Assembly (NCBI GenBank): GCA_034933465.1
Contig: JAYFNM010000057.1
Span: forward strand, 37,414-101,413
Reading direction: 5' to 3'
DNA from: Oscillospiraceae bacterium
Lineage (GTDB): Bacteria; Bacillota; Clostridia; Oscillospirales; Oscillospiraceae
DNA length: 64,000 nucleotides
Shown here: piece by piece, positions 47,030-55,354 of the stretch
Layout of the letters: every line of letters starts with the position of its first letter
Position numbering within the stretch: position 1 is the first letter of the stretch
The notes under the pieces: model-generated
Database searches by the model: none
Seen by the model: the letters and a program-made list of their open reading frames with translations, nothing else
What the model was told of the DNA's origin: nothing
Translations under genes and position numbers: made by a program

Positions 47030-47103
47030 TGGCAGCGGGAGAAGGATTCGAACCCTCACAAACAGAGTCAGAGTCTGTCGTGCTACCTTTACACAATCCC
47101 GCT
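47030..47103 (-). tRNA. tRNA-Gln (anticodon CUG)
   Basis: 74 nt, AGCGGGATTGTGTAAAGGTAGCACGACAGACTCTGACTCTGTTTGTGAGGGTTCGAATCCTTCTCCCGCTGCCA. It has a 7-bp acceptor stem, a 4-bp D stem with a GG loop, anticodon stem ACAGA/TCTGT with loop CTCTGAC, a T arm with the GGTTCGAATCC core, and an encoded CCA. Confidence 0.85.
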
Positions 47104-47116
47104 AAACGCATTCATT

Positions 47117-47144
47117 ATTATACAAATTTTCCGCGGTTTGTCAA
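47117..47144 (-). promoter_or_regulatory. candidate sigma-A promoter of tRNA-Gln
   Basis: On the minus strand, TTGACA (47144-47139), a 16-nt spacer, then TATAAT (47122-47117), ending 13 nt before the tRNA 5' end. Confidence 0.6.
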
Positions 47145-47256
47145 GGACTTTTTCCGCGGTTTTCATTTTTTTGCGATTTCAGCGGAAAAACGCGCCCGCG
47201 AAGCGCGCCGCGCGGGAGGCCTCCGGGTCTTTCCGGGAGGTCTCCCGCGCCGGGGA

Positions 47257-48588
47257 TCACTCTGATTTTATTGCCTCGAGCGCGGGAATCTGCACGGCTT
47301 TGTTGGCGGGATAATACCCGCTGCCAAGGCCGATGAACACCGAGAACACTATCGCGAACAGCAGCAGCCACACGGGTATCACCGACAGCCTCGACACGCC
47401 CTCGCCGCCCGCTATCGCCGAAAGCAGCGTCGCCGGGGACGGCGGCCCGAGCGCCACAAGATTGATTATCACCGACACTATACAGCTCACCACGCAGCCT
47501 ATCAGGCCGCCCAGCAGGCCTATCGCCCCGGCCTCCGCGAGAAACATCACCCTGATATCGCGCACATAGCAGCCCAGCGCCTTCATTATGCCTATCTCCC
47601 GCGTGCGCTCCGAGATCGACATTATCATCGTGTTGGTTATGCCCAGCGCCGCCACGAAGAGCGATATCGCGCCGAGCCCGCCGAGCATCATCTGCTGCTG
47701 CCGCGACTGCTTCTGCATGGACTTGCGGATGCTCTCCATGGACTCCGTGGAGTAGCCCAGCTTCCGTATCCGGTTCTCGACGTCCTCCACCTTGGAGATA
47801 TCGCCGACCTTGACGAGGATGGAGCTGTAGGGCACGGCCTTCTTGCTGCTGCCCTGGGCGCGGTCGATGATCGCGCGGAGCTGGCTGAGGTTCATTATTA
47901 TGCCGCTGGAGGTCTCCATGCCCTTGGAATAGTCCTCCTTCGCGAGCGCCGCGACCTTCAGCGGGACGGTGAACTTGCCGCCGCCGCTCCCGTTGTCCAC
48001 CTCGAGCGTCATCTCTGTCTTCGTGGGGTCGAAGTACGGGTCGGGCAGCGCGCTGCCGTCCATGGCGCTCCAGCGTTCCACGGTATTCGCGCCCTCCGGG
48101 CGCAGGCTGTCTCTGAAATCGTACGCCGTATACTGGCCGGCGACCACCTCCCCGCCGGCGCCCGTGGTCGCGCCCGACGTGAATTTATAGCCCATTTTTT
48201 CCAGCGCGCCCATATCGAGCCCCACAACCGTCGTCCAGTTCGACACATAGCGCTGACCCGCTCCGGCGATGAGGCGCAGCGTATAGCCGCTGAGCTCCAG
48301 CTTCGGCGTCACCGCCTCCACATCCGTAAGAGCGCCGATCTTTTCGACGGCCGCGTCGTCGAGCTTCGCCTTGCCGCGCCCGTCCCGCGGGGTGGTGACG
48401 GTGACTATCGTGAGATCGCCCATCTCCTTGAGCATCTTCTCCGAGGCCTCGTTCATGCCGATTCCGAGCGAGACCATGATGACGATGGAGCAGCAGCCTA
48501 TGAGCACGCCGAGCACCGTCAGAAAGGTGCGCGATTTTCGCCGTTTCAGATTCTGGACGCACATATGGAAGATGTCCTGTCTGAGCAT
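47257..48588 (-). CDS. MacB-type (FtsX-domain) ABC transporter permease
   Basis: About 443 aa from ATG 48588. Layout is an N-terminal TM helix, an extracytoplasmic domain of about 250 aa, then 3 C-terminal TM helices (EIGIMKALGCYVRDIRVMFLAEAGAIG). The ORF-track N-terminal extension was rejected. Confidence 0.85.
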   Translation of the reverse strand: MLRQDIFHMCVQNLKRRKSRTFLTVLGVLIGCCSIVIMVSLGIGMNEASEKMLKEMGDLTIVTVTTPRDGRGKAKLDDAAVEKIGALTDVEAVTPKLELSGYTLRLIAGAGQRYVSNWTTVVGLDMGALEKMGYKFTSGATTGAGGEVVAGQYTAYDFRDSLRPEGANTVERWSAMDGSALPDPYFDPTKTEMTLEVDNGSGGGKFTVPLKVAALAKEDYSKGMETSSGIIMNLSQLRAIIDRAQGSSKKAVPYSSILVKVGDISKVEDVENRIRKLGYSTESMESIRKSMQKQSRQQQMMLGGLGAISLFVAALGITNTMIMSISERTREIGIMKALGCYVRDIRVMFLAEAGAIGLLGGLIGCVVSCIVSVIINLVALGPPSPATLLSAIAGGEGVSRLSVIPVWLLLFAIVFSVFIGLGSGYYPANKAVQIPALEAIKSE

Positions 48589-48589
48589 G

Positions 48590-50335
48590 TTATTTCCCTC
48601 CGCCGCTGCCGGTCTCGGGCTTGTCGTCGTCCCAGCTGTTCCAATCCGTCGTCTCGGCGGCGGGGACGGCGGCCTTCGCCCTTCTGCGCCTGATAAAGAG
48701 CGCTGTGCCCCCGCCGAGCGCGGCCAGGGCGACAAGGCCGATTATCCAGCCCGCGGCCGAGCCGCCCGAGCCGCCCTGCTCGTCCGCCGTATCCTGTACG
48801 GGCAGCGGCTCCTGCGCCTCTATCGTTATGGGGAACTCCTTCGTCGTGACCTTCTGCGCCGCGTCCTCATAGCTCACTGTCAGCTTGAGCTTGGTGCTGC
48901 CGGTATTGAGCGGCGTGATCGCAAAGCCCAGGCTTCCGCTGCTTCCGGCGGTTATATTGCCTATGTACTGGGTCTTGGCCGGGGTGGACACGCCCTCGCC
49001 GACAACGCTCGCCTCGACGTTATAGACGTCCTCGCGGCCCTTGTTGACATAGGCCATCGTCACGGTCATCTCCTCGCCGACATAGCTCGCCTCGGGCAGC
49101 ACGGGCGCGGTGAGCTGGAAGCGGTCGGGCTGGACGACGGGCACGGAGAGCTTGATCTCGGTCGTCACGTTTCCGCGCTTGGAGCTGTCCACATATTCGT
49201 ATTTAAACGACACGCCGACGCTGTGCGCGCCGCTCTTCGCCGCGGCGAGAACCTGCATCGGAGCCTGCTGCTTCTGCTCCGCCCCGGCGGCAAGCTCGCT
49301 GTAATAGAAGGTGTTGGTGCTGTTGTCCATGGTGAAGCTGTCGCCGCCGTCAACGGTCACGACGATATTCTCTATCCTGAGCTTTCCGGTGTTTTTAAAG
49401 CCGAAATCCAGCTTGAATCTGTTGCCCGCGGCGACCGTGTCGGAGCCGAAGGAATAGCTGCTGATTATGACGCTCGGCACGGAGGGGTCGATCGCGGAGC
49501 CGAAGCCGCCGCCTCCTCCGCCGCCCGTCTCGGTGCTCGCGCCGCTCGGGTTGGAGGAGATGCTTATCTTGTCGGAGGAGCTGCCGGAGGCGAGCTCGCC
49601 CTTGCTGTGATAGGAATACTTGGTGTCCACGGTGAGGGTCTGGTTGGTGGAGCTGATCTCCTTTGTGGCCTTGACCTTGATGGCGATATCGGTGCTCGCG
49701 CCGGCGGCGAGGTCGGCGAGGACGAAGGTGGAGGTGTAGTTGAGCACTATCAGCGCCTCGGAGGGCGTGACGGAGACCACCGGGGAGAGCATGGCGGCCG
49801 TCCCGCCGTTTTTCACCGTCAGTATGAAATCAAGCGTCTCGCCCGCGGAGACGGGCTTTACAATGGCCGAGCGCGTCACGATGACGCTGGGCGTCCCCTC
49901 GCTCTGGGGCGGCTCCGTGTATTCCACCGCCTCGTTTATCGTCAGCTCGATGGGTCTGTAGGACTCCGCGCTGCCCTTTATGCCCGCGTTCAGCCGCAGC
50001 GCCTTTCCGCTGCCGGAGTAGCTGAGGTTCGTGACCTTTATCGAATAGGCGAGCGGCTCGGCGCCCGTGGAGCTAAGCTCCACGGCTATGTCGCCGCCGG
50101 AGAAGCTGTCCGAAAGCCGGGTCACGTCTATATCCTTTACATTCACCTTGTCGGTGGTGAGCGTGTCGTCCTTAACGGACACGAGGATATCCACGGCGTC
50201 GCCCCTGGCGATGGACGCCTTGCTTGAGATATAGCTTTCCGCTGTGCCGACAGCTCCCGCCGCCGGCAGGACGAGAAGCGCCGCCGACAGGACGAGCAGC
50301 AGGGACGCGACGGCGCGGACCAGTTTGTTTTTCAT
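48590..50335 (-). CDS. membrane-anchored extracytoplasmic protein with about four tandem CARDB/COG1361-like beta-sandwich domains
   Basis: 581 aa with a signal peptide and repeated Ig-like segments. A Gly7 linker is followed by a C-terminal TM helix (GWIIGLVALAALGGGTALFIRRRR). Its stop lies 1 nt before the permease ATG. Confidence 0.65.
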   Translation of the reverse strand: MKNKLVRAVASLLLVLSAALLVLPAAGAVGTAESYISSKASIARGDAVDILVSVKDDTLTTDKVNVKDIDVTRLSDSFSGGDIAVELSSTGAEPLAYSIKVTNLSYSGSGKALRLNAGIKGSAESYRPIELTINEAVEYTEPPQSEGTPSVIVTRSAIVKPVSAGETLDFILTVKNGGTAAMLSPVVSVTPSEALIVLNYTSTFVLADLAAGASTDIAIKVKATKEISSTNQTLTVDTKYSYHSKGELASGSSSDKISISSNPSGASTETGGGGGGGFGSAIDPSVPSVIISSYSFGSDTVAAGNRFKLDFGFKNTGKLRIENIVVTVDGGDSFTMDNSTNTFYYSELAAGAEQKQQAPMQVLAAAKSGAHSVGVSFKYEYVDSSKRGNVTTEIKLSVPVVQPDRFQLTAPVLPEASYVGEEMTVTMAYVNKGREDVYNVEASVVGEGVSTPAKTQYIGNITAGSSGSLGFAITPLNTGSTKLKLTVSYEDAAQKVTTKEFPITIEAQEPLPVQDTADEQGGSGGSAAGWIIGLVALAALGGGTALFIRRRRAKAAVPAAETTDWNSWDDDKPETGSGGGK

Positions 50336-50425
50336 GTTTATGACCTTTCCTTTCGTTTCAGTCCTTCGTTTCAGTTAAAACGCCGCCTCGGCGGCGCGGG
50401 AGGCTCCGTAAAAGCCCGGGTCTTT

Positions 50426-51148
50426 TCAAGCCCCGTCCCTCGCGTTTATTATCTCCTCCACTATCTCCCCGTCGAGCAGCTTGAGTATCCGGTCGGCGTA
50501 GGCCGCCATATCCGGGTCGTGCGAGACGAGGACAATGGTCTGATGATAGCTCCGCGCAAAGGAGCAGATCATCTCCATCACTTCCTTTGTGGTCTTTGAG
50601 TCCAGGTTTCCCGTGGGCTCGTCGGCGAACACCACGTCCGGCCGGGCGATAAAGGCTCTTGCGATGCCGACGCGCTGCTGCTGCCCGCCGGACATCTGAC
50701 CCGGGAAATGCTCCAGCCGGTTTGCCAGGCCGACGCGGCGCAGCATCTTGCGCGCCGCCTCCTCCCGCTTCTCCTTCGGCACGCCGCGAAACATCAGCGG
50801 CATGGCGACGTTTTCGGTGGCCGTCAGGTTCGGCAGCAGATTGTACGACTGGAAGACAAAGCCCAGGTGCTTTTGCCTGAATGTGGCGAGCTGATCCTCG
50901 CTCAGGCGGGATATCGGCACGCCGCCGATGCGCACCTCGCCCGAAGTCGGCTTCTCCATTCCGGCCAGCTGGTTGAGCAGGCTGCTCTTTCCCGAACCGG
51001 AGGTGCCGAAAATACAGCATATCTCCCCGCGCGGCACGTTCACGGAGATGCCCCTGAGCGCGGCCACCGTCTCGTCGCCGACGGAATACTCTTTTCTGAG
51101 CTTATTTACCTCGATTATGGGCCGGTCTCTCTGACAACTCTCGCTCAT
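50426..51148 (-). CDS. ABC transporter ATP-binding protein (MacB/LolD-type)
   Basis: 240 aa with Walker A GTSGSGKSSLLN, signature MSGGQQQRVGIARA and Walker B VVFADEPTGNLD. Confidence 0.9.
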   Translation of the reverse strand: MSESCQRDRPIIEVNKLRKEYSVGDETVAALRGISVNVPRGEICCIFGTSGSGKSSLLNQLAGMEKPTSGEVRIGGVPISRLSEDQLATFRQKHLGFVFQSYNLLPNLTATENVAMPLMFRGVPKEKREEAARKMLRRVGLANRLEHFPGQMSGGQQQRVGIARAFIARPDVVFADEPTGNLDSKTTKEVMEMICSFARSYHQTIVLVSHDPDMAAYADRILKLLDGEIVEEIINARDGA

Positions 51149-51273
51149 ATGCTCCGCCCCCTTTCAACGACGCAATGATACCGCCCCAAGCTTTAGCCTT
51201 TGTGTGCCGAACCTTAAGATAGGGAAAGGAAAAAGCAAAGATTCTTAAACCGCAAAATGCGCGTTTCGGCATG

Positions 51274-51315
51274 AAAAAGCCCGCCCCGGAGGTCGCTTCG
51301 ACCTCCGGGGCGGGT
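51274..51315 (-). terminator. intrinsic terminator after the histidine kinase gene
   Basis: On the minus strand, ACCCGCCCCGGAGGTCG-aagc-GACCTCCGGGGCGGGC is followed by TTTTT. Confidence 0.75.
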
Positions 51316-51360
51316 TGACGTTCATTGTTAATTAATGCGGGCTTTCTCCCGGCTTCAGTC

Positions 51361-52935
51361 CTAAGCCGTCGGCAGCGTCAGCACGAACTCGGTGCTCAGG
51401 CCGGCAGACGGGACGCGCGCGAGCGCTATGCCGCCGCCGTGCAGCTCGACGATGCGCTTTGTTATCGCGAGGCCGAGGCCGCTGCCGCCGCCCGAGCGCG
51501 CGTCGCTGCCGACGACGAAGGGCTCGAAGATGCGCTTCGCCTTTTCCGGCGCTATGCCGCCGCCGTTGTCCCCGACGCGGAGCACCGCCGTCCCGTCCGC
51601 CGCCGCGGAGAAGAACAGCACCGTGCCGAGCCTGTTGTGGCGCAGGGAGTTTGAGAGCAGGTTGTCCAGCGCGCGGGCAAATTGCAGCTCGTCGAGAAGA
51701 CAGTATACCGGCGTCTCCTGGATGGACACCTCGAGCGTGAAGCCCGCGAGGTCTATCTCGTCGTACTTCCCCGCCAGATACTCGCGCGAGAACTCGCACA
51801 GATCGCAGCGCTCCATATGCAGCGCGAATTCCGGGTGCTCGACCTTGCTGTATTCATGGAAGGCGTCGATAAGCCGGTTGAGCGTGTCGGCCTTGCTCTT
51901 TATCGCCGCGAGGTAGCGCGCGAGCTCCTCCGGCGGCGCCTTCCCGTCGGCGATGGCGTCGGCATAGCCGGAGATGACGGTTATGGGCGTCTTGAGGTCG
52001 TGGGAGATGTCCGCGATGAGCTTCTGGCGGCCGCTGTCCAGCTCGCGGCGCTCCTCCTCGCTCCTTTTCAGGCGGGCGGACAGCTCGTCGAAGCTGTCGG
52101 CGATGCGCTGTATCTCCTTGGGGCCGCCGCAGCCTCCGGCGGGCACCGGCTCCCCTCCGGCCTGCGTCACGACCGCCTCGTTGAGCCGCTCGAGCGGGCG
52201 GCGGATGGTCCTGTCCATGCGCCATATGAAGAGCCCCGCGGCGACGACATACAGCGGGATGAAAATCAGCCAGATCTTCCAGGCGCTCTGATAGCCGCGA
52301 AAATACTCCTCGGCGCTGAGATCCTCGACCCTGACGAGCAGGGCATAGCCGCGCCCGTCCGCGGAGACGAAGCTCTCCTTATAGCGGGAGAAGCCGTCCG
52401 GGGCATCCACGGTCAGATAATCGATCTCGCTGTCGGTATAGGCCGAGCGCCCGTCGCCGAGACCGCCCTCGATAACGCGGCCGTCCGCGTCGAGAACGGC
52501 CGAGGTCGCCTCATAGCTCCCGGAATCGTCCGAAAATTCATATTTTGTCAGCCGGCAGCGGGTCTGCCCGGTCTCGGTGGTATACCTGACGGCCTCCACG
52601 AACGAAGAGGCGCCGTGCCCCTGCGCGCACTCGAGCTCCCCGGCGGTGACGTCCGTCCCGAAGCTGCCGTCGGAGCTGTATACGAGCCGCCCCTCCGCGT
52701 CGAGCACGGCATAGGCGTACTCGCCGTGAAAATGGCGGGAGAGCCTGTCGTATTTCCCGTTTGCGAGCGCCGCGTCGCCCATGAGCGCGTCCCAATCCAC
52801 CGGCCGGGACAGGCGGTCTATGCTCCCGCTCCAGAGCAGGTAGACCCCGCCCGTTATGAGGAACAGCACCAGCGTGAAGAGGAGATAGTTCCTCGTGAGC
52901 AGGCCGAAAAGGCTGCCCGAAGCTCTATTTTTCAA
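51361..52935 (-). CDS. sensor histidine kinase (2 TM helices, extracytoplasmic sensor domain of ~170 aa, HAMP, HisKA, HATPase)
   Basis: 524 aa with H-box ADISHDLKTPIT, N-box LSNSLRHN, and G-boxes GDNGGGI and GSGLGLAI. TTG start overlaps the response regulator gene by 11 nt. Confidence 0.9.
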   Translation of the reverse strand: MKNRASGSLFGLLTRNYLLFTLVLFLITGGVYLLWSGSIDRLSRPVDWDALMGDAALANGKYDRLSRHFHGEYAYAVLDAEGRLVYSSDGSFGTDVTAGELECAQGHGASSFVEAVRYTTETGQTRCRLTKYEFSDDSGSYEATSAVLDADGRVIEGGLGDGRSAYTDSEIDYLTVDAPDGFSRYKESFVSADGRGYALLVRVEDLSAEEYFRGYQSAWKIWLIFIPLYVVAAGLFIWRMDRTIRRPLERLNEAVVTQAGGEPVPAGGCGGPKEIQRIADSFDELSARLKRSEEERRELDSGRQKLIADISHDLKTPITVISGYADAIADGKAPPEELARYLAAIKSKADTLNRLIDAFHEYSKVEHPEFALHMERCDLCEFSREYLAGKYDEIDLAGFTLEVSIQETPVYCLLDELQFARALDNLLSNSLRHNRLGTVLFFSAAADGTAVLRVGDNGGGIAPEKAKRIFEPFVVGSDARSGGGSGLGLAITKRIVELHGGGIALARVPSAGLSTEFVLTLPTA

Positions 52936-53599
52936 TTTTATACCCCAGCCCTCTCACCGTAAGTATATATTTCGGATTCTTGGGGTCGTCCTCTATCTTC
53001 TCGCGCAGCTTCGAGATATGCACCATCATCGTGTTGTCGTCGCTCTCGAAATACTCGCCGTTTATTCCCTCGTACAGCTGCACCTTCGTGAAGATGCGGC
53101 CGGGGGCGCGCATCAGCTGGGCGAGTATCTTGTACTCCGTCGGCGTGAGGAAGACCTGCCGCCCCTTTTTCGTGAGCGTAAAGCAGGCGGTGTCCAGCGT
53201 CAGGTCGCGCACGCTTATCTCCGCGTCCGCCGCCATCGACGCGCGGCGCAGCTGCGCCTTCACGCGGGCCACTATCTCCACGGGGTTGAAGGGCTTGGAT
53301 ATATAGTCGTCCGCGCCGAGGTTCAGCCCGAGTATCTTGTCGCTGTCCTGGTTCTTGGCGGAGAGGATGAGGATGGGGATATCGCTCCGCTTGCGCAGGG
53401 CGCGCGTCAGCTCGAAGCCGTTCATGCGCGGCATCATGACGTCGAGTATCGCCATGTCCGGCGTGTGCTCGCGCGCTTTCGCGAGCGCGGCGGCGCCGTC
53501 CTCCGCCTCTATGACCGCATAGCCCTCGCTCTCGAGATAGAGCTTGAGCAGCGCGCGGATGTCGGCGTCGTCCTCGGCTATAAGTATGGTCTGTTTCAT
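52925..53599 (-). CDS. OmpR-family response regulator
   Basis: Receiver domain (ILIAEDDADI, DVMMPRMNG) and a winged-helix output domain (LTPTEYKILAQL). ATG 53599 follows SD AAAGGTG. Confidence 0.9.
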   Translation of the reverse strand: MKQTILIAEDDADIRALLKLYLESEGYAVIEAEDGAAALAKAREHTPDMAILDVMMPRMNGFELTRALRKRSDIPILILSAKNQDSDKILGLNLGADDYISKPFNPVEIVARVKAQLRRASMAADAEISVRDLTLDTACFTLTKKGRQVFLTPTEYKILAQLMRAPGRIFTKVQLYEGINGEYFESDDNTMMVHISKLREKIEDDPKNPKYILTVRGLGYKIEK

Positions 53600-53785
53600 G
53601 CGGCACACCTTTCTTTCCGGCGGCAGCGGCCGGCCGTTCTGCCGACATTATATTGTGTTTTCCCCTTTCCGTCAACAGTTCTCCCCCGCCGCCCGGCGGG
53701 GCATTGACCGGCCGGGAAAACTGTGCTATTTTTAAAATGAAGAAAAATCCGCCGCGGACAGCGGCGGCGAAAAAGAGGTACCCAT

Positions 53786-55354
53786 TTGAAGGATAAGGAG
53801 CTTTTCACCGTCGTGGTGGCGGACGACGAGGACGAGCTGAGAGAGGCCGTCTGCTCGCTCGTGCCCTGGGAGAGCATAGGCTTCCGGCTCGTGGGCAGCG
53901 CGGGCAACGGGCTCGACGCGCTGCAGCTTGTGGAGCAGCTGCAGCCGGACCTGCTGCTGACAGACATACACATGCCCTTTATCAGCGGCACGGCGCTGGC
54001 AAAGCAGGTGCGCGAGCTGCAGCCGCTCATACAGATCGCCTTTCTCAGCGGCTACGACGATTTTGAATACGCGAAGCTCGCCATCGAATACGAGGTCATC
54101 ACCTATCTGCTCAAGCCCATAAGCATGAACGATCTGACGGCCGCGCTGAGGGAGCTGCGCGCGAAAATGGAGGCGAAGTTCAGCTATCTCGCCTCCGGCG
54201 CGGACGCGGGCGGCGGGCTTCAGCTCGCCGTGGCCTCCCTGCTGCTCGACGGCTTTGCCGAGCCGCCCGCGGAGCACGAGCTGCAGCGCTTCCTGTCGGA
54301 GCTCGGCCTGGTCGTGACCGCGCCCTACGAGCTGACGGCGCTCGCCCTGCGCATGGAGGACGGCTCCGTCCTCGAGCAGAGCGCCGCGCAGACCGTGGAC
54401 AAGGTGCTCAGAAAATACTTCGGCTGTTGCAGCATAGTCTCGGGCGAGCGGATACTCACGCTGCTCGTCTCGGAGGACGGCTTTTCCCGCCTCGGCACCG
54501 CGCTCGACGAGCTTTTGCAGGTCGTCCGGCGGCTGCTCGATTCCGGCTGCTCGATAGGCGTCAGCCGCCGGTATTCGGAGTTCTCCCGCTGCCACGCCGC
54601 CTGCCGCGAGGCGGTGGACGCGCAGCGCTTCTCCGGCGATAACGGCATACACCGGATAAGCGACATGCTCTCTCTCCCGTCCGACGCGCCGCCCGCGCCG
54701 GACGCCGCCGCGGAGCTGGAAAAGCTCCTGCACGGCGAGAGCCGCTATCCGCTCGAAAAATACCTCTCCAAGACGCTCCCTCCCGACCGCTCCCCGCCGG
54801 AGAGTGCCGGGGACGCGGCGCTCTTGCAGACGCTCGTCGCCGCGCAGAACGTGCTGGCCAATTCCCTGCCCGCCAACGAGCTCGCGCTGCTTTTAAAGCG
54901 CTGCGGCCTGACCGACCCGCTCTCCGCCGGGCTCGGCCGGGACGAGCTGCGGCGGCGCGTCGCGGACCTGTGCATCTCCGGCTACGGCCTGCTTGAGGAG
55001 CGCCGGCGCGACGGCGTGAGCCACATGTGCGACAGGACCATGCGCATGATAGAGCAGAACTATATGGACGAGGAGCTCTCCCTCGGCTCCGTGAGCGAGC
55101 AGCTGCACGTCAGCCCGAACTATCTCAGCGCCAACATGAAAAAATACGCCGGGGACACCTTTATAAACCTGCTAATCAAAAAACGCATGGAGGTCGCCCT
55201 CGCGCTGCTCTCCGCCGGAGGCATGAAGATTGCGGAGGTGTCGCGCCGCTGCGGCTACAGCGACCAGCACTATTTCAGCTTCTGCTTTAAAAAATACTAC
55301 GGCGTCTCCCCCGCGCGGATGCGCAGAGGCGACGGGAAGGAGGAGGGCGCGTGA
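53786..55354 (+). CDS. response regulator with AraC-type HTH output (YesN-like)
   Basis: 522 aa with a receiver domain (VVVADDEDE, LLLTDIHMPFISG) and a C-terminal AraC HTH (YSDQHYFSFCFKKYYGVSPARMR). TTG start follows SD AGAGG. Confidence 0.85.
   Translation: MKDKELFTVVVADDEDELREAVCSLVPWESIGFRLVGSAGNGLDALQLVEQLQPDLLLTDIHMPFISGTALAKQVRELQPLIQIAFLSGYDDFEYAKLAIEYEVITYLLKPISMNDLTAALRELRAKMEAKFSYLASGADAGGGLQLAVASLLLDGFAEPPAEHELQRFLSELGLVVTAPYELTALALRMEDGSVLEQSAAQTVDKVLRKYFGCCSIVSGERILTLLVSEDGFSRLGTALDELLQVVRRLLDSGCSIGVSRRYSEFSRCHAACREAVDAQRFSGDNGIHRISDMLSLPSDAPPAPDAAAELEKLLHGESRYPLEKYLSKTLPPDRSPPESAGDAALLQTLVAAQNVLANSLPANELALLLKRCGLTDPLSAGLGRDELRRRVADLCISGYGLLEERRRDGVSHMCDRTMRMIEQNYMDEELSLGSVSEQLHVSPNYLSANMKKYAGDTFINLLIKKRMEVALALLSAGGMKIAEVSRRCGYSDQHYFSFCFKKYYGVSPARMRRGDGKEEGA

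Noticed and set aside
47104-47256. Integrase, prophage or genomic island adjacent to tRNA-Gln
   Set aside because: I found no recombinase-like ORF on either side within the window. The flanking genes are ordinary transporter and regulator genes. Only the short att-like duplication is reported.
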